Assembly (NCBI GenBank): GCA_964618735.1
Contig: CAZUFQ010000003.1
Location: 1 to 29,796 of the forward strand
Source: an uncultured Enterobacteriaceae bacterium
GTDB lineage: Bacteria; Desulfobacterota; Binatia; Bin18
Direction: 5' to 3'
DNA: 29,796 nucleotides
This document shows positions 15,147-23,029 of the stretch, in pieces; the first letter of the stretch is position 1; each line of letters begins with the position of its first letter. Made by a program: the position numbers and the translations under genes. The notes under the pieces are model-generated. The model did no database searches, had not been told where the DNA came from, and saw nothing but the letters and a program-made list of their open reading frames with translations.

Positions 15147-17312
15147 GTGATTGCTGAACAGATACGCCCTGAGGAAGAATACTACCTGCTTGCATCAGCT
15201 TCCGCACAGCGTCGCCCCCAGGTCTTACTGAATCACGACGAGAGTTTTGCCATCTTTGACCTTGCTGGAGATATCCCGCTCGCCCGCCGTGAGGCGCACG
15301 GACTCTTTCACTGTGGTACGCGGTTTCTCTCTCGCTACGAGCTCCGCCTGAACGAGCAACTCCCTTTCTTATTGAGCACGAGCACAACATCTGGGGGAAG
15401 CCAACTCGTCACGTATCTCTCCAACGCGGACGAAATACGTTCTTCACAGCTTGTGATGCCTCGGGACACCGTGGCGGTGCGCCGCGAGAAGATCCTCTTT
15501 GCCGGCGCGCTGTATGAGGATATCTTCCTGCAGAACTTTGCCGCAGAGCAAGTCTCTCTGACGCCGACGCTTCTGTATGGGGCGGACTTCGCCGATATTT
15601 TTGAGCTGCGCGGCAGTCAGCGCGCTCAGTGCGGCAAGATCTTAGAGCCGCGTCTTCAGCCCGACCGGCTCACCTTTGCTTACCGGGGCTTAGACGACGT
15701 AGAACGCGAGACGGTGCTGTCGTTCCGCCCCACTCCCTCGCTCCTCACCTCCGACAAAGTGAATTTTTTGTTAACATTAGCTCCAGGTGAAGAGACGAGA
15801 TTGAGCATTACTATTGCGTGTCAGCTGAGTTCCGCCCCCTCTCAGCCCACCTCGAGCCTGGGGTCGGCTCTTACCACGCTCACTACCAAGCGCGAGAGAT
15901 GGTGGGCGCAATTTCCTCAGGTGTCCACCACTCATGAAGGCTTCAACGCCTGGATGAATCGCTCACTTCATGACCTTGCGCTGCTGCACGTCGAGACGCC
16001 CCAGGGAGCGTATGTCTCCGCTGGGATCCCCTGGTTTGCCACGCTCTTCGGCCGCGACAGCTTGATTACTGCATTAGAGACGCTGGCGTTTTTTCCTGGT
16101 CTGGCGGCGGAGGTGTTACGCATGCTCGCGAGTCTGCAGGGCCAAGAAAACGCAAGTGAACGAGATGAAGAGCCAGGGAAGATTTTGCATGAGCGGCGCC
16201 ATGGAGAAATGGCCGCGACCGGCGAGATCCCTTTTGGCCGTTATTACGGCAGCATTGACGCTACGCCGCTCTTTCTACTGCTGCTGGCGGAGTATGCCGA
16301 ACGCACCGCCGATCTTGTTTTGGTGCGGGAGCTCTGGCCAGCGGCGCTGGCCGCGATATGCTGGTTGGAGACGGCAAGCAACGAAAAAGGCTATCTTGTG
16401 TATGCGCGACGCACCACGCGTGGATTGATCAATCAGGGGTGGAAAGATTCACACGATGCGGTGATGCATGCAGATGGCGCGCTGGCGGAGCCGCCTATCG
16501 CGCTGGCGGAAGTGCAAGCCTATGTGTATGCTGCGCGCCGTCGCCTGGCTCATCTCGCCCGTCGTCTCGGCGAAGATGCGAGGGCGGAGGCTTGGGACGC
16601 GGAGGCAAGTCGCCTGCAGGAACATTTTCAACACGATTTTTGGCTTCCCGAAGAACACACGTTTGCCCTAGCCCTCGACGCGTACGGTAACCCCTGTCGT
16701 GTCGTGAGTTCAAACGCCGGGCACTGTCTCTACAGCCAGATCGCTACCGAGGCCCAAGCGCGTCAAATCATTGAGCGCTTCTTACAAGACGATATGTTCT
16801 GCGGGTGGGGAATTCGCACCCTCTCGTCGCAGGCGCGCCGCTACAATCCCATGAGTTATCATAACGGTTCAGTGTGGCCGCATGACAACGCGATTATTGC
16901 CGCTGGTTTCTCTCGGTATAATAGGATGGATCAGGCTGAACGCATTTTCTCCGCTCTCTTTAATGCGAGCGCCTACGGCGCTGATCATCGGCTGCCGGAA
17001 CTGTTCTGTGGGTTTCCCCAACAGGGACAACAGGGTCCAGTACCGTATCCGGTCGCGTGCAAACCACAAGCCTGGGCTGCGGGCAGTCTCTTTCTACTCT
17101 TGCAGGCAGTCTTGGGGCTGCATATTGATGCGTGGACACGGCGCGTGACCCTAGGCCGAGTGGTACTGCCAGCATGGCTCAACGAGCTCATAATTCGTGG
17201 GCTGCGAGTCTGTGACGCTCGGGTAGACCTACGAATTGTGCAGGGTCGTGCGAGTGCGGCAGTGGAAGTGTTAGAGAAGCAGGGCGACGTGGAGATCGTC
17301 GTACACGAGTAA
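15147..17312 (+). CDS. Amylo-alpha-1,6-glucosidase / glycogen debranching enzyme family protein
   Basis: AGIPWFATLFGRDSLI, EEPGKILHE, YYGSIDATPLF, NQGWKDS, YNPMSYHNGSVWPHDN, RLPELFCGF, ACKPQAWAAGS. GTG start with GGAGG RBS. Confidence 0.93.
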   Translation: MIAEQIRPEEEYYLLASASAQRRPQVLLNHDESFAIFDLAGDIPLARREAHGLFHCGTRFLSRYELRLNEQLPFLLSTSTTSGGSQLVTYLSNADEIRSSQLVMPRDTVAVRREKILFAGALYEDIFLQNFAAEQVSLTPTLLYGADFADIFELRGSQRAQCGKILEPRLQPDRLTFAYRGLDDVERETVLSFRPTPSLLTSDKVNFLLTLAPGEETRLSITIACQLSSAPSQPTSSLGSALTTLTTKRERWWAQFPQVSTTHEGFNAWMNRSLHDLALLHVETPQGAYVSAGIPWFATLFGRDSLITALETLAFFPGLAAEVLRMLASLQGQENASERDEEPGKILHERRHGEMAATGEIPFGRYYGSIDATPLFLLLLAEYAERTADLVLVRELWPAALAAICWLETASNEKGYLVYARRTTRGLINQGWKDSHDAVMHADGALAEPPIALAEVQAYVYAARRRLAHLARRLGEDARAEAWDAEASRLQEHFQHDFWLPEEHTFALALDAYGNPCRVVSSNAGHCLYSQIATEAQARQIIERFLQDDMFCGWGIRTLSSQARRYNPMSYHNGSVWPHDNAIIAAGFSRYNRMDQAERIFSALFNASAYGADHRLPELFCGFPQQGQQGPVPYPVACKPQAWAAGSLFLLLQAVLGLHIDAWTRRVTLGRVVLPAWLNELIIRGLRVCDARVDLRIVQGRASAAVEVLEKQGDVEIVVHE

Positions 17313-17316
17313 AGTC

Positions 17317-17342
17317 CAGCCCGGCGCTCAAACGCCGGGCTG
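17317..17342 (+). terminator. GC-rich hairpin just after the stop codon (no U-tract)
   Basis: CAGCCCGGCG-CTCAAA-CGCCGGGCTG, a perfect 10-bp stem. Confidence 0.45.
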
Positions 17343-17616
17343 ACCCCAAAAGGGAGCTCACGCTCCTTGAAACACCAGAACATAGAGGAGCTGAGTCTGG
17401 GGCGCTAGGCTTCGTTTGCTGAGCGCTACGATTCATCGTCGCGAGCAAGCGGTGCTAGAATTTTGTCAGGCATCCTCTTCCAACTCTCAACCACGATCCG
17501 GAATAAAAATTGCTGAAAAGTAAAGAAAAAGGGTTTCCTCTTTCTCTGGCTTCGCGCCAAGCTGCTTGGGACTCTGCAGCGCCGGCGTCAGTATAGAGAA
17601 AGGCGGGAGGGGAATT

Positions 17617-17973
17617 ATGCAGCATTTTATTACTTCTTGGCAATGGAGCGGATTGAGCAGAGAGAGATTGCTGACTTTGCTTACGGTGTTGCTGAGCGTA
17701 AGTCTACTAGCGTGCCAGTCGCCAGTGTGGTCTCCCACGGCGACGAGCATCCCTATACAGAGAACAGCTCTCTCTGAGCAGCCAGCAGAAAAGGGATTTT
17801 TTGTGCAGGCGGTTGTCCGTGGCATTGATGCTCGCACCGGCTTAATAGACCTAGACACCGAAGCCGGCCCTTTCTACGTAGTCGCGTCGGAAATTGATCT
17901 CGCGAAGCTCCATAAGGGGGATAAGATTGTCGTATACCTTCTCACCGATGACGCCCCAGTCCTACGTTTATAA
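17617..17973 (+). CDS. Hypothetical small lipoprotein (118 aa), beta-rich
   Basis: GGGAGG RBS; hydrophobic stretch ending in the lipobox LLAC; C-terminal VRGIDARTGLIDLDT...LHKGDKIVV pattern suggestive of an OB-like barrel. Confidence 0.65.
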   Translation: MQHFITSWQWSGLSRERLLTLLTVLLSVSLLACQSPVWSPTATSIPIQRTALSEQPAEKGFFVQAVVRGIDARTGLIDLDTEAGPFYVVASEIDLAKLHKGDKIVVYLLTDDAPVLRL

Positions 17974-18153
17974 CTAGGGAAATTGCTCACTCACTGTTTG
18001 CAATTCCTTGAGGCAACGTCGATTTCCGTAAAAGGAAGAAACGACATAGAAGTCCAGCGCGAGCGCAGATAACTAGGTTATATAATAAACACCAAAGTTG
18101 CATAGGCTATCGTCAATCGGCGTCAATCAAGCACAGTAAATAGGAGGATAGAT

Positions 18154-18693
18154 ATGAACACAACACAGCATTCTACGGATGAGATTCGTGAAGCCATCGA
18201 GCAAGGGTCGGTAACTGCAGAGTATCGTGCGGACCCACATAAATTGCTTCAGGAGTTAAATCAACTGCGAGCGACGGAGGTTGCGAGCTATCTACAATAT
18301 AAACAACATGCTTACATGGCGGTTTCCCTCTTCGCTCCTGGCCTCAAACCAGACTTTCAAGCTCACGCCAATATAGAGTTACAGCATGCTGATATGCTGG
18401 CCCAACGTATCCAACAACTGGGCGGGGTCCCGGTGTTTGATCTGTCTGAAATGGCTACGCAAGCGGCGCAAAAGGGAGTGCAGTCTGAGCAAGGAGCGAC
18501 TCTGACTGATATGATTATTGAGAATCTTTTGCTGGAACGGCGTCAAATTATGGCGTACACCGCGCTCATTCGGCAAACAGGAGATACCGACCCTACCACG
18601 CGTCGACTGTTGGAAGATATTTTGTCTACCACCGAACAGCATGCGAGCGAGTTAGCCGATTACCTGAAGCGCAGCGCTGAGACTCGCTCATAA
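18154..18693 (+). CDS. Ferritin-like (DPS-like/bacterioferritin-related) protein
   Basis: GSVTAEYRAD, LRATEVASYLQYKQH, ELQHADMLAQRIQQLGGVP, DPTTRRLLEDIL. AGGAGG RBS. Confidence 0.88.
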   Translation: MNTTQHSTDEIREAIEQGSVTAEYRADPHKLLQELNQLRATEVASYLQYKQHAYMAVSLFAPGLKPDFQAHANIELQHADMLAQRIQQLGGVPVFDLSEMATQAAQKGVQSEQGATLTDMIIENLLLERRQIMAYTALIRQTGDTDPTTRRLLEDILSTTEQHASELADYLKRSAETRS

Positions 18694-18812
18694 GCCTCAA
18701 GCAAATTTCACAGCATTTGCACATTGAGAAAAAAGTCTACACTCCTTGTTGTGAATTTGCCTTGAAACCCTGAAGCTGTGGGTCGTTTGACATCTTCCGT
18801 AGCTGGGATCTT

Positions 18813-18840
18813 GTAGGGGCGTAGCATGCTACGCCCCTAC
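18813..18840. repeat. Perfect 28-bp GTAG-type REP palindrome
   Basis: GTAGGGGCGTAGCATGCTACGCCCCTAC is its own reverse complement and lies between convergent genes. Confidence 0.85.
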
Positions 18841-18852
18841 GCCTATGGGATC

Positions 18853-20436
18853 TTAAAGTTGCTCTTCGATCGGCAAGAGCAAAAGAGAATTGAGGATGAG
18901 ACAACGCCACCAAGAGACATGAGGCTCGCTGGTGAAATGCACGATCTTCCCTTGTTCCGTCGCCGCCCACAATAGATCTCCGTCGCGGTCAAGCTCTACA
19001 TGGTAGGCATTACTTGGCTGCATTCCTTCTTCAATAAAGCGTGCAACCTCGGCGGCAAGTGCGGGGCTCTCGACGACAATCGACAACTCCGTGTTGAGGT
19101 AGATCGAGCGGGGATCCAGATTAAAGGAACCGAGCAAAACGGTGCGCCGGTCAACCATGGCAGCCTTGGTGTGAAGAGCAGCCGTAGACTTGCCTCTAAG
19201 CCACGTCCACTCTCTATTGATAAACCCTGCCAAAGGCTGCATCTCAAAAAGTTCTACGCCACAGCGTAGCAATTTCTTACGATACTTGGCGTACCCGGCA
19301 TGAACAATGGCGACATCGGTTGAGGCGCACGAGTTGGTCAAGATACGAACGCGGACACCACAAGCAGTAAGATCGCGAAGAAATTTCACTCCTCTATGGC
19401 CAGGGATGAGGTAGGCCATTTCGAGCAACAGCTCTTGATGCAACGTATCCCTAATCCTTTTCCGCAGTTCCGCTAAGACGCTCGACTCAGAAGTCTCGAG
19501 TTTATCCGGACGGTCGGCAATCACGGTTGCCGTGCCCCAGATGAGCCGCGAAGCCATGCCTTGGGCAACGGTAGTGAAACTCTCAAGATCGAGTTCTAAC
19601 TTAAAAGGCAGAGCCGCGTAGCTCACGACAGTAGGGTCGAGCTCGGCGACTAGGTGACGGAATTGCTCTGACGTCGATTGATCACCTACCACGGCCTCTA
19701 CCGGGAAGGCCCAGGTGCTGTTCCAAAACATATCAAAGCTCTTAGAAACCTCAGGCACGATCGGGCCGCCCACGAAAAGATCAAGGTCGCGGTAATTCGA
19801 TTGTTCATGGACCGAGAAGTAGTTATCACCAATGTTACGTCCGCCCACAATCGCCACCGTGTTATCTATAATGAAGGCCTTATTATGCATGCGGTGAGTG
19901 ATGTGAGCAGAATCGAAGAGGGTGTCCCAGAGGCGGACCGAGCGGTTGCCGAAAGGGTTATACAGTCGCACCTGGATATTAGGGTGCCCCGAGGTGAGGG
20001 CCAAAATATGGTCCTCACCTCCAGTATGCATGTCGTCGAGGAGCAGGCGCACCCGCACGCCCCGGTCTGCCGCTTTAATGAGCGCGTAGAGGAGAATGCG
20101 CCCGGTTACATCTTCTTCCCAGAGGTAGTATTGGGCGTCTATCGTTTTCTCTGCAAGCGTCGCAAAGGCGTAACGGATTCTAAAGGCCTCCCATCCAGCA
20201 GCAACTATAGCGAACCCGGAGGCGCCCGCGTGCTTCTCAGCGTACGCCCCGAAGAGCCGTCCTAAGAAAGTTGCTTCGGGCTCCGCGAGTGCGTACGAAA
20301 CTTCGTGCTCGCCTACTTGAACAGAGGAGAGAGTTCTCCTCCAAGCGCTTCGCAAAAGTGCGACAAGCACACTGACAAATAGGAATAAAACGATGAGAAC
20401 AAAACAGGTCAAAATCCACGACATCAATGAAACCAT
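18853..20436 (-). CDS. Phospholipase D family protein, cardiolipin synthase ClsC/YmdC-like
   Basis: Two HKD motifs (RMHNKAFIID, LHTKAAMVD), IDAQYYLW, VRVRLLLDDM, VGGRNIGDNYF, GSFNLDPRSIYLNTE. N-terminal membrane anchor; the exact start is uncertain. Confidence 0.9.
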   Translation of the reverse strand: MVSLMSWILTCFVLIVLFLFVSVLVALLRSAWRRTLSSVQVGEHEVSYALAEPEATFLGRLFGAYAEKHAGASGFAIVAAGWEAFRIRYAFATLAEKTIDAQYYLWEEDVTGRILLYALIKAADRGVRVRLLLDDMHTGGEDHILALTSGHPNIQVRLYNPFGNRSVRLWDTLFDSAHITHRMHNKAFIIDNTVAIVGGRNIGDNYFSVHEQSNYRDLDLFVGGPIVPEVSKSFDMFWNSTWAFPVEAVVGDQSTSEQFRHLVAELDPTVVSYAALPFKLELDLESFTTVAQGMASRLIWGTATVIADRPDKLETSESSVLAELRKRIRDTLHQELLLEMAYLIPGHRGVKFLRDLTACGVRVRILTNSCASTDVAIVHAGYAKYRKKLLRCGVELFEMQPLAGFINREWTWLRGKSTAALHTKAAMVDRRTVLLGSFNLDPRSIYLNTELSIVVESPALAAEVARFIEEGMQPSNAYHVELDRDGDLLWAATEQGKIVHFTSEPHVSWWRCLILNSLLLLPIEEQL

Positions 20437-20548
20437 AAAAATGAAAGATTAGATTGCATGAGGAGGATGAAGATAAGTCTCCAATTGTGTCGCATCGCTT
20501 GAGATTCTGACGGCAACATGCGTTGAATCGTGTTCATCCATACGATAC

Positions 20549-20564
20549 GGGCAAAAGTATTGCG
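20549..20564 (+). promoter_or_regulatory. Weak sigma-54-like site upstream of the DUF5132 gene
   Basis: GGGCAA-AAGTA-TTGCG has correct GG/GC spacing and lies 70 bp upstream of the ATG. Confidence 0.4.
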
Positions 20565-20634
20565 AACGCTTCCTCTCTTGCTAAGATTTGCTTAATTTAT
20601 TCTTGTAAGAACTTTCCTTCGGAAGGAGCGGCGT

Positions 20635-20889
20635 ATGAGCCTACAACTTGGACTAGGCGTTTTAGTCGGACTAGGAATTGCGAAAGCGAAAGCTGAACTC
20701 CTGCCCCAAGTCGGTGAGTCCCTTCGTCCTGTTGCAAAAGCCCTTATTCACTCTGGATTCACCTTTGTTAATAATGTACAAGAATTAGCGGCTGAGGGAA
20801 TGGAACACTTGAACGACCTGGTGGCTGAAGTGCAATACGAGCGATCCGCCGCCACCCCGGCTCAAGACGACCCCCCAAAGGCCGCATAG
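20635..20889 (+). CDS. DUF5132-like small membrane-anchored protein
   Basis: GLGVLVGLG...LRPVAKALIHSG...AEGMEHLNDLVAEV. AAGGAG RBS. Confidence 0.75.
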   Translation: MSLQLGLGVLVGLGIAKAKAELLPQVGESLRPVAKALIHSGFTFVNNVQELAAEGMEHLNDLVAEVQYERSAATPAQDDPPKAA

Positions 20890-20892
20890 CTC

Positions 20893-21089
20893 TCAGCAAA
20901 AGCTTGCGGGCAGCCTTGTCCTTCGGGGCGACCCTCCCGATTGTTTCGCCCAGACGAGTCCTTTGATCAATGGCCGCACCATAGCGCCCATGGGGGAAGA
21001 AGGATGGGAGCCACGATAACAGCGACTAACCCTATAAGACCCGTAGTTCCCCCTCCCCCTTCTGTAACAAGGTCTTCCCATATCGCCAT
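20893..21089 (-). pseudogene. Frameshifted DUF5132-like copy
   Basis: AAAGGAG RBS and ATG at 21089 give MAIWEDLVTEGGGGTTGLIGLVAVIVAPILLP. The family-like continuation MGAMVRPLIKGL lies in another frame after a C5 run (20992-20996 on the + strand). Confidence 0.65.
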
Positions 21090-21135
21090 AGGCTACTCCT
21101 TTCAGCGTTAACTGCTCAGCATTAACTGCTTTTCA

Positions 21136-21151
21136 CGCAAAAGGCGTACCA
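21136..21151 (-). promoter_or_regulatory. Sigma-54 promoter for the frameshifted DUF5132-like gene
   Basis: TGGTAC-GCCTT-TTGCG, 46 bp upstream of the ATG at 21089. Confidence 0.65.
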
Positions 21152-21266
21152 CTCTAGAGTAAGGAATTCGCTACACGCCTGTAGAGGTTTTTCTCTCTCT
21201 TTCCTCCCCTGCCGGCTGCTCTTCATATAACGAGCACTGATTCTTCCTTTTCTTCCGTACACGCTC

Positions 21267-21282
21267 TGGCGTCCTTCTTGCT
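21267..21282 (+). promoter_or_regulatory. Sigma-54 promoter for the CAP-domain gene
   Basis: TGGCGT-CCTTC-TTGCT, 38 bp upstream of the ATG at 21321. Confidence 0.72.
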
Positions 21283-21320
21283 CCCTACTCCACAAAATCA
21301 AATGTAATCGGTATGGATGT

Positions 21321-21848
21321 ATGAGGGTAACCGGTATTCTGGTGCTAATCGTCGTGAACGCCGTCATAGGAGCGGGCCCCGCGCCCCTCTCTCTTGCGCA
21401 AATATATAATAAGTCAACAATGGTCGAAGATGACGCCCTCTCAACGCGGCTTCTTGTCTTGCATAATCAGGAGCGGTCTCAGGCTGGCCTCTCTCCTTTA
21501 AAAGACAATCCCATCTTGAGAGAAGCCGCTCGTGAACATGCTCAAGACATGGCGGCTCAACAACAGTTGACTCATGAAGGAAGCGACGGCTCTACTCCCA
21601 GCCAACGCGTCGAACGGCGCGGCTATCACTATTCGCGCTTTGGCGAGAATGTCGCCGCTGGCCAACAAAGCGCGCAGGAGGTAATGCAAAGCTGGTTGCA
21701 GAGTTCATCGCATCGGCAAAATATTCTTGGCGACTTTAATGAAATGGGGGCCGCCCGCGCGCTCGATGCACACGGGCTACCATATTGGTGTGTAGTGTTT
21801 GGTAGTCCCTTACAAGTCAGATCCTCTTCTACGCCCGCGCACCAGTGA
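21321..21848 (+). CDS. Exported CAP (SCP/YkwD-like) domain protein
   Basis: Signal peptide; HNQERSQAGL, AAREHAQDMA, HEGSDGS, GENVAAGQ, WLQSSSHRQNIL, YWCVVFG. Confidence 0.92.
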   Translation: MRVTGILVLIVVNAVIGAGPAPLSLAQIYNKSTMVEDDALSTRLLVLHNQERSQAGLSPLKDNPILREAAREHAQDMAAQQQLTHEGSDGSTPSQRVERRGYHYSRFGENVAAGQQSAQEVMQSWLQSSSHRQNILGDFNEMGAARALDAHGLPYWCVVFGSPLQVRSSSTPAHQ

Positions 21849-21898
21849 GCTGGCGCCCAAGACAGCTGAGAATTGCTCGGGTTGCATGAGTCCTTACT

Positions 21899-22477
21899 TT
21901 ACCGGGAGCCTGGTGAGGAGCCTAACGTTCCTGGGGCTCCTGACATGCCAAGATTATTGTTAGAAGAACCATAGGGAGAGCTTCCAAAATTTCCCGGAGT
22001 TCCAGAATAGTTAGAACCAGGAGAGCCTAACCTTCCCGGCGCATTCAGAGAGCCAGAATTAGTGCTTCGATTACTATAAAAAGAACTCTCAGGCGTCATT
22101 GCGGTATTAGGACTTCCATAATCAGGGCTTCCGTAATTCGGACTTCTATAATCAGGACTTGCAAGAGGCCCGGTTGGATTAGACAAGGTAGACCCCGGAG
22201 CACCTAAGGTTCCCGGGCTGCCTAAGGCTCCCGGGCTGCCTAAGGCTCCCGGGCTGCCTAAGGAGTTGGGGGCGCCATAGTTGGGAAAAGATCCGAGAGA
22301 ACCGGGACTTCCCGGCGCTGTGCCGCCCCCTGAAAGTCCATTGGAGGGGGGCGGCCCGCCGAATCCTCCGGCCATTCCGTTCGGCGCGTTTCCTTGCGCT
22401 AAAACACATGGCACGGGCGCAGCAGCAAAAAGACCAGTCATAAAGACTGCCGCCCAATACGATTTTACATTGTACAT
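21899..22477 (-). CDS. Secreted Gly/Ser/Pro/Asn-rich low-complexity protein (192 aa)
   Basis: AAAGGAG RBS before MYNVKSY; signal peptide ending CVLAQ; mature region made of GSPG/GAPG and SP(D/N)YG repeats. Confidence 0.75.
   Translation of the reverse strand: MYNVKSYWAAVFMTGLFAAAPVPCVLAQGNAPNGMAGGFGGPPPSNGLSGGGTAPGSPGSLGSFPNYGAPNSLGSPGALGSPGALGSPGTLGAPGSTLSNPTGPLASPDYRSPNYGSPDYGSPNTAMTPESSFYSNRSTNSGSLNAPGRLGSPGSNYSGTPGNFGSSPYGSSNNNLGMSGAPGTLGSSPGSR
22203..22263 (-). repeat. 18-bp tandem repeat encoding (LGSPG[A/T]) units
   Basis: CCTAAGG(T/C)TCCCGGGCTG three times plus a partial fourth copy on the + strand. Confidence 0.9.
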
Positions 22478-22533
22478 AATAATCTCCTTTCTCAGGACGT
22501 AGCATACAATTGTCAGCTTTTTCTCTACGGAAG

Positions 22534-22549
22534 AGCAAAAGCTGGACCA
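22534..22549 (-). promoter_or_regulatory. Probable sigma-54 promoter for the Gly/Ser/Pro-rich gene
   Basis: TGGTCC-AGCTT-TTGCT, 56 bp upstream of the ATG at 22477. Confidence 0.6.
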
Positions 22550-22595
22550 TGACCACATGCTTCTGTCACAGCTTTACACATGGGCCCGTTTATCC

Positions 22596-22611
22596 TGGTA
22601 TATTCTTTGCT
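22596..22611 (+). promoter_or_regulatory. Sigma-54 promoter for the His-rich peptide-rhodanese unit
   Basis: TGGTAT-ATTCT-TTGCT, 67 bp upstream of the ATG at 22679. Confidence 0.72.
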
Positions 22612-22678
22612 CTTTTATAATTCTTGTCTTCGTCATGTTACGAGGACGCAAAAAATCCAGCGAAGAAAGGAACTGTGT

Positions 22679-22954
22679 ATGATGTCTCGTCTCAGTCGTT
22701 TATTGCTGATCATTGTCCCGTTCCTGGGAATACTTTTTTCTGCTCCTATTGCTTCCGCTTGGTATCCTCATCATCAGGGGCATTATTGGCGGCATCATCA
22801 TCGTTATCATCACTATTGGCGGCGCCACGCCTACCGGCCCCCCTACTATTATGATCGCGACTGGTACGCCTATCGTCGGCCTGATAGATACGAGCGCTAC
22901 AGCAGAGTCGATCCTTACTATTATTACGGGTACAGAGGACATCGGGATGACTAA
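22679..22954 (+). CDS. Secreted His/Tyr/Arg-rich small protein (91 aa)
   Basis: AAAGGA RBS; signal peptide ending ASA; mature WYPHHQGHYWRHHHRYHHYWRRHAYRPPYYY...GHRDD. Confidence 0.75.
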   Translation: MMSRLSRLLLIIVPFLGILFSAPIASAWYPHHQGHYWRHHHRYHHYWRRHAYRPPYYYDRDWYAYRRPDRYERYSRVDPYYYYGYRGHRDD

Positions 22955-22967
22955 CACCCGCGAGCCC

Positions 22968-23001
22968 CGAGAGGAACACAAAACCGCGCGTGTTCCTCTC
23001 G
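22968..23001 (+). other. Intercistronic stem-loop
   Basis: CGAGAGGAACAC and GTGTTCCTCTCG form a perfect 12-bp stem with a 10-nt loop. There is no U-tract, so it is more likely a stability/processing element than a terminator. Confidence 0.55.
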
Positions 23002-23029
23002 ACCCTTACGCTTTGATGAAGGACGAGGG

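Noticed and set aside
17467-18133. Near-miss sigma-54 sites (AGGCAT-N5-TCCAA near 17467, TGGCTT near 17547, CGGCGT-CAATC-AAGCA at 18118-18133)
   Set aside because: They lack the conserved GC, have off-by-one spacing, or lie too close to the RBS.
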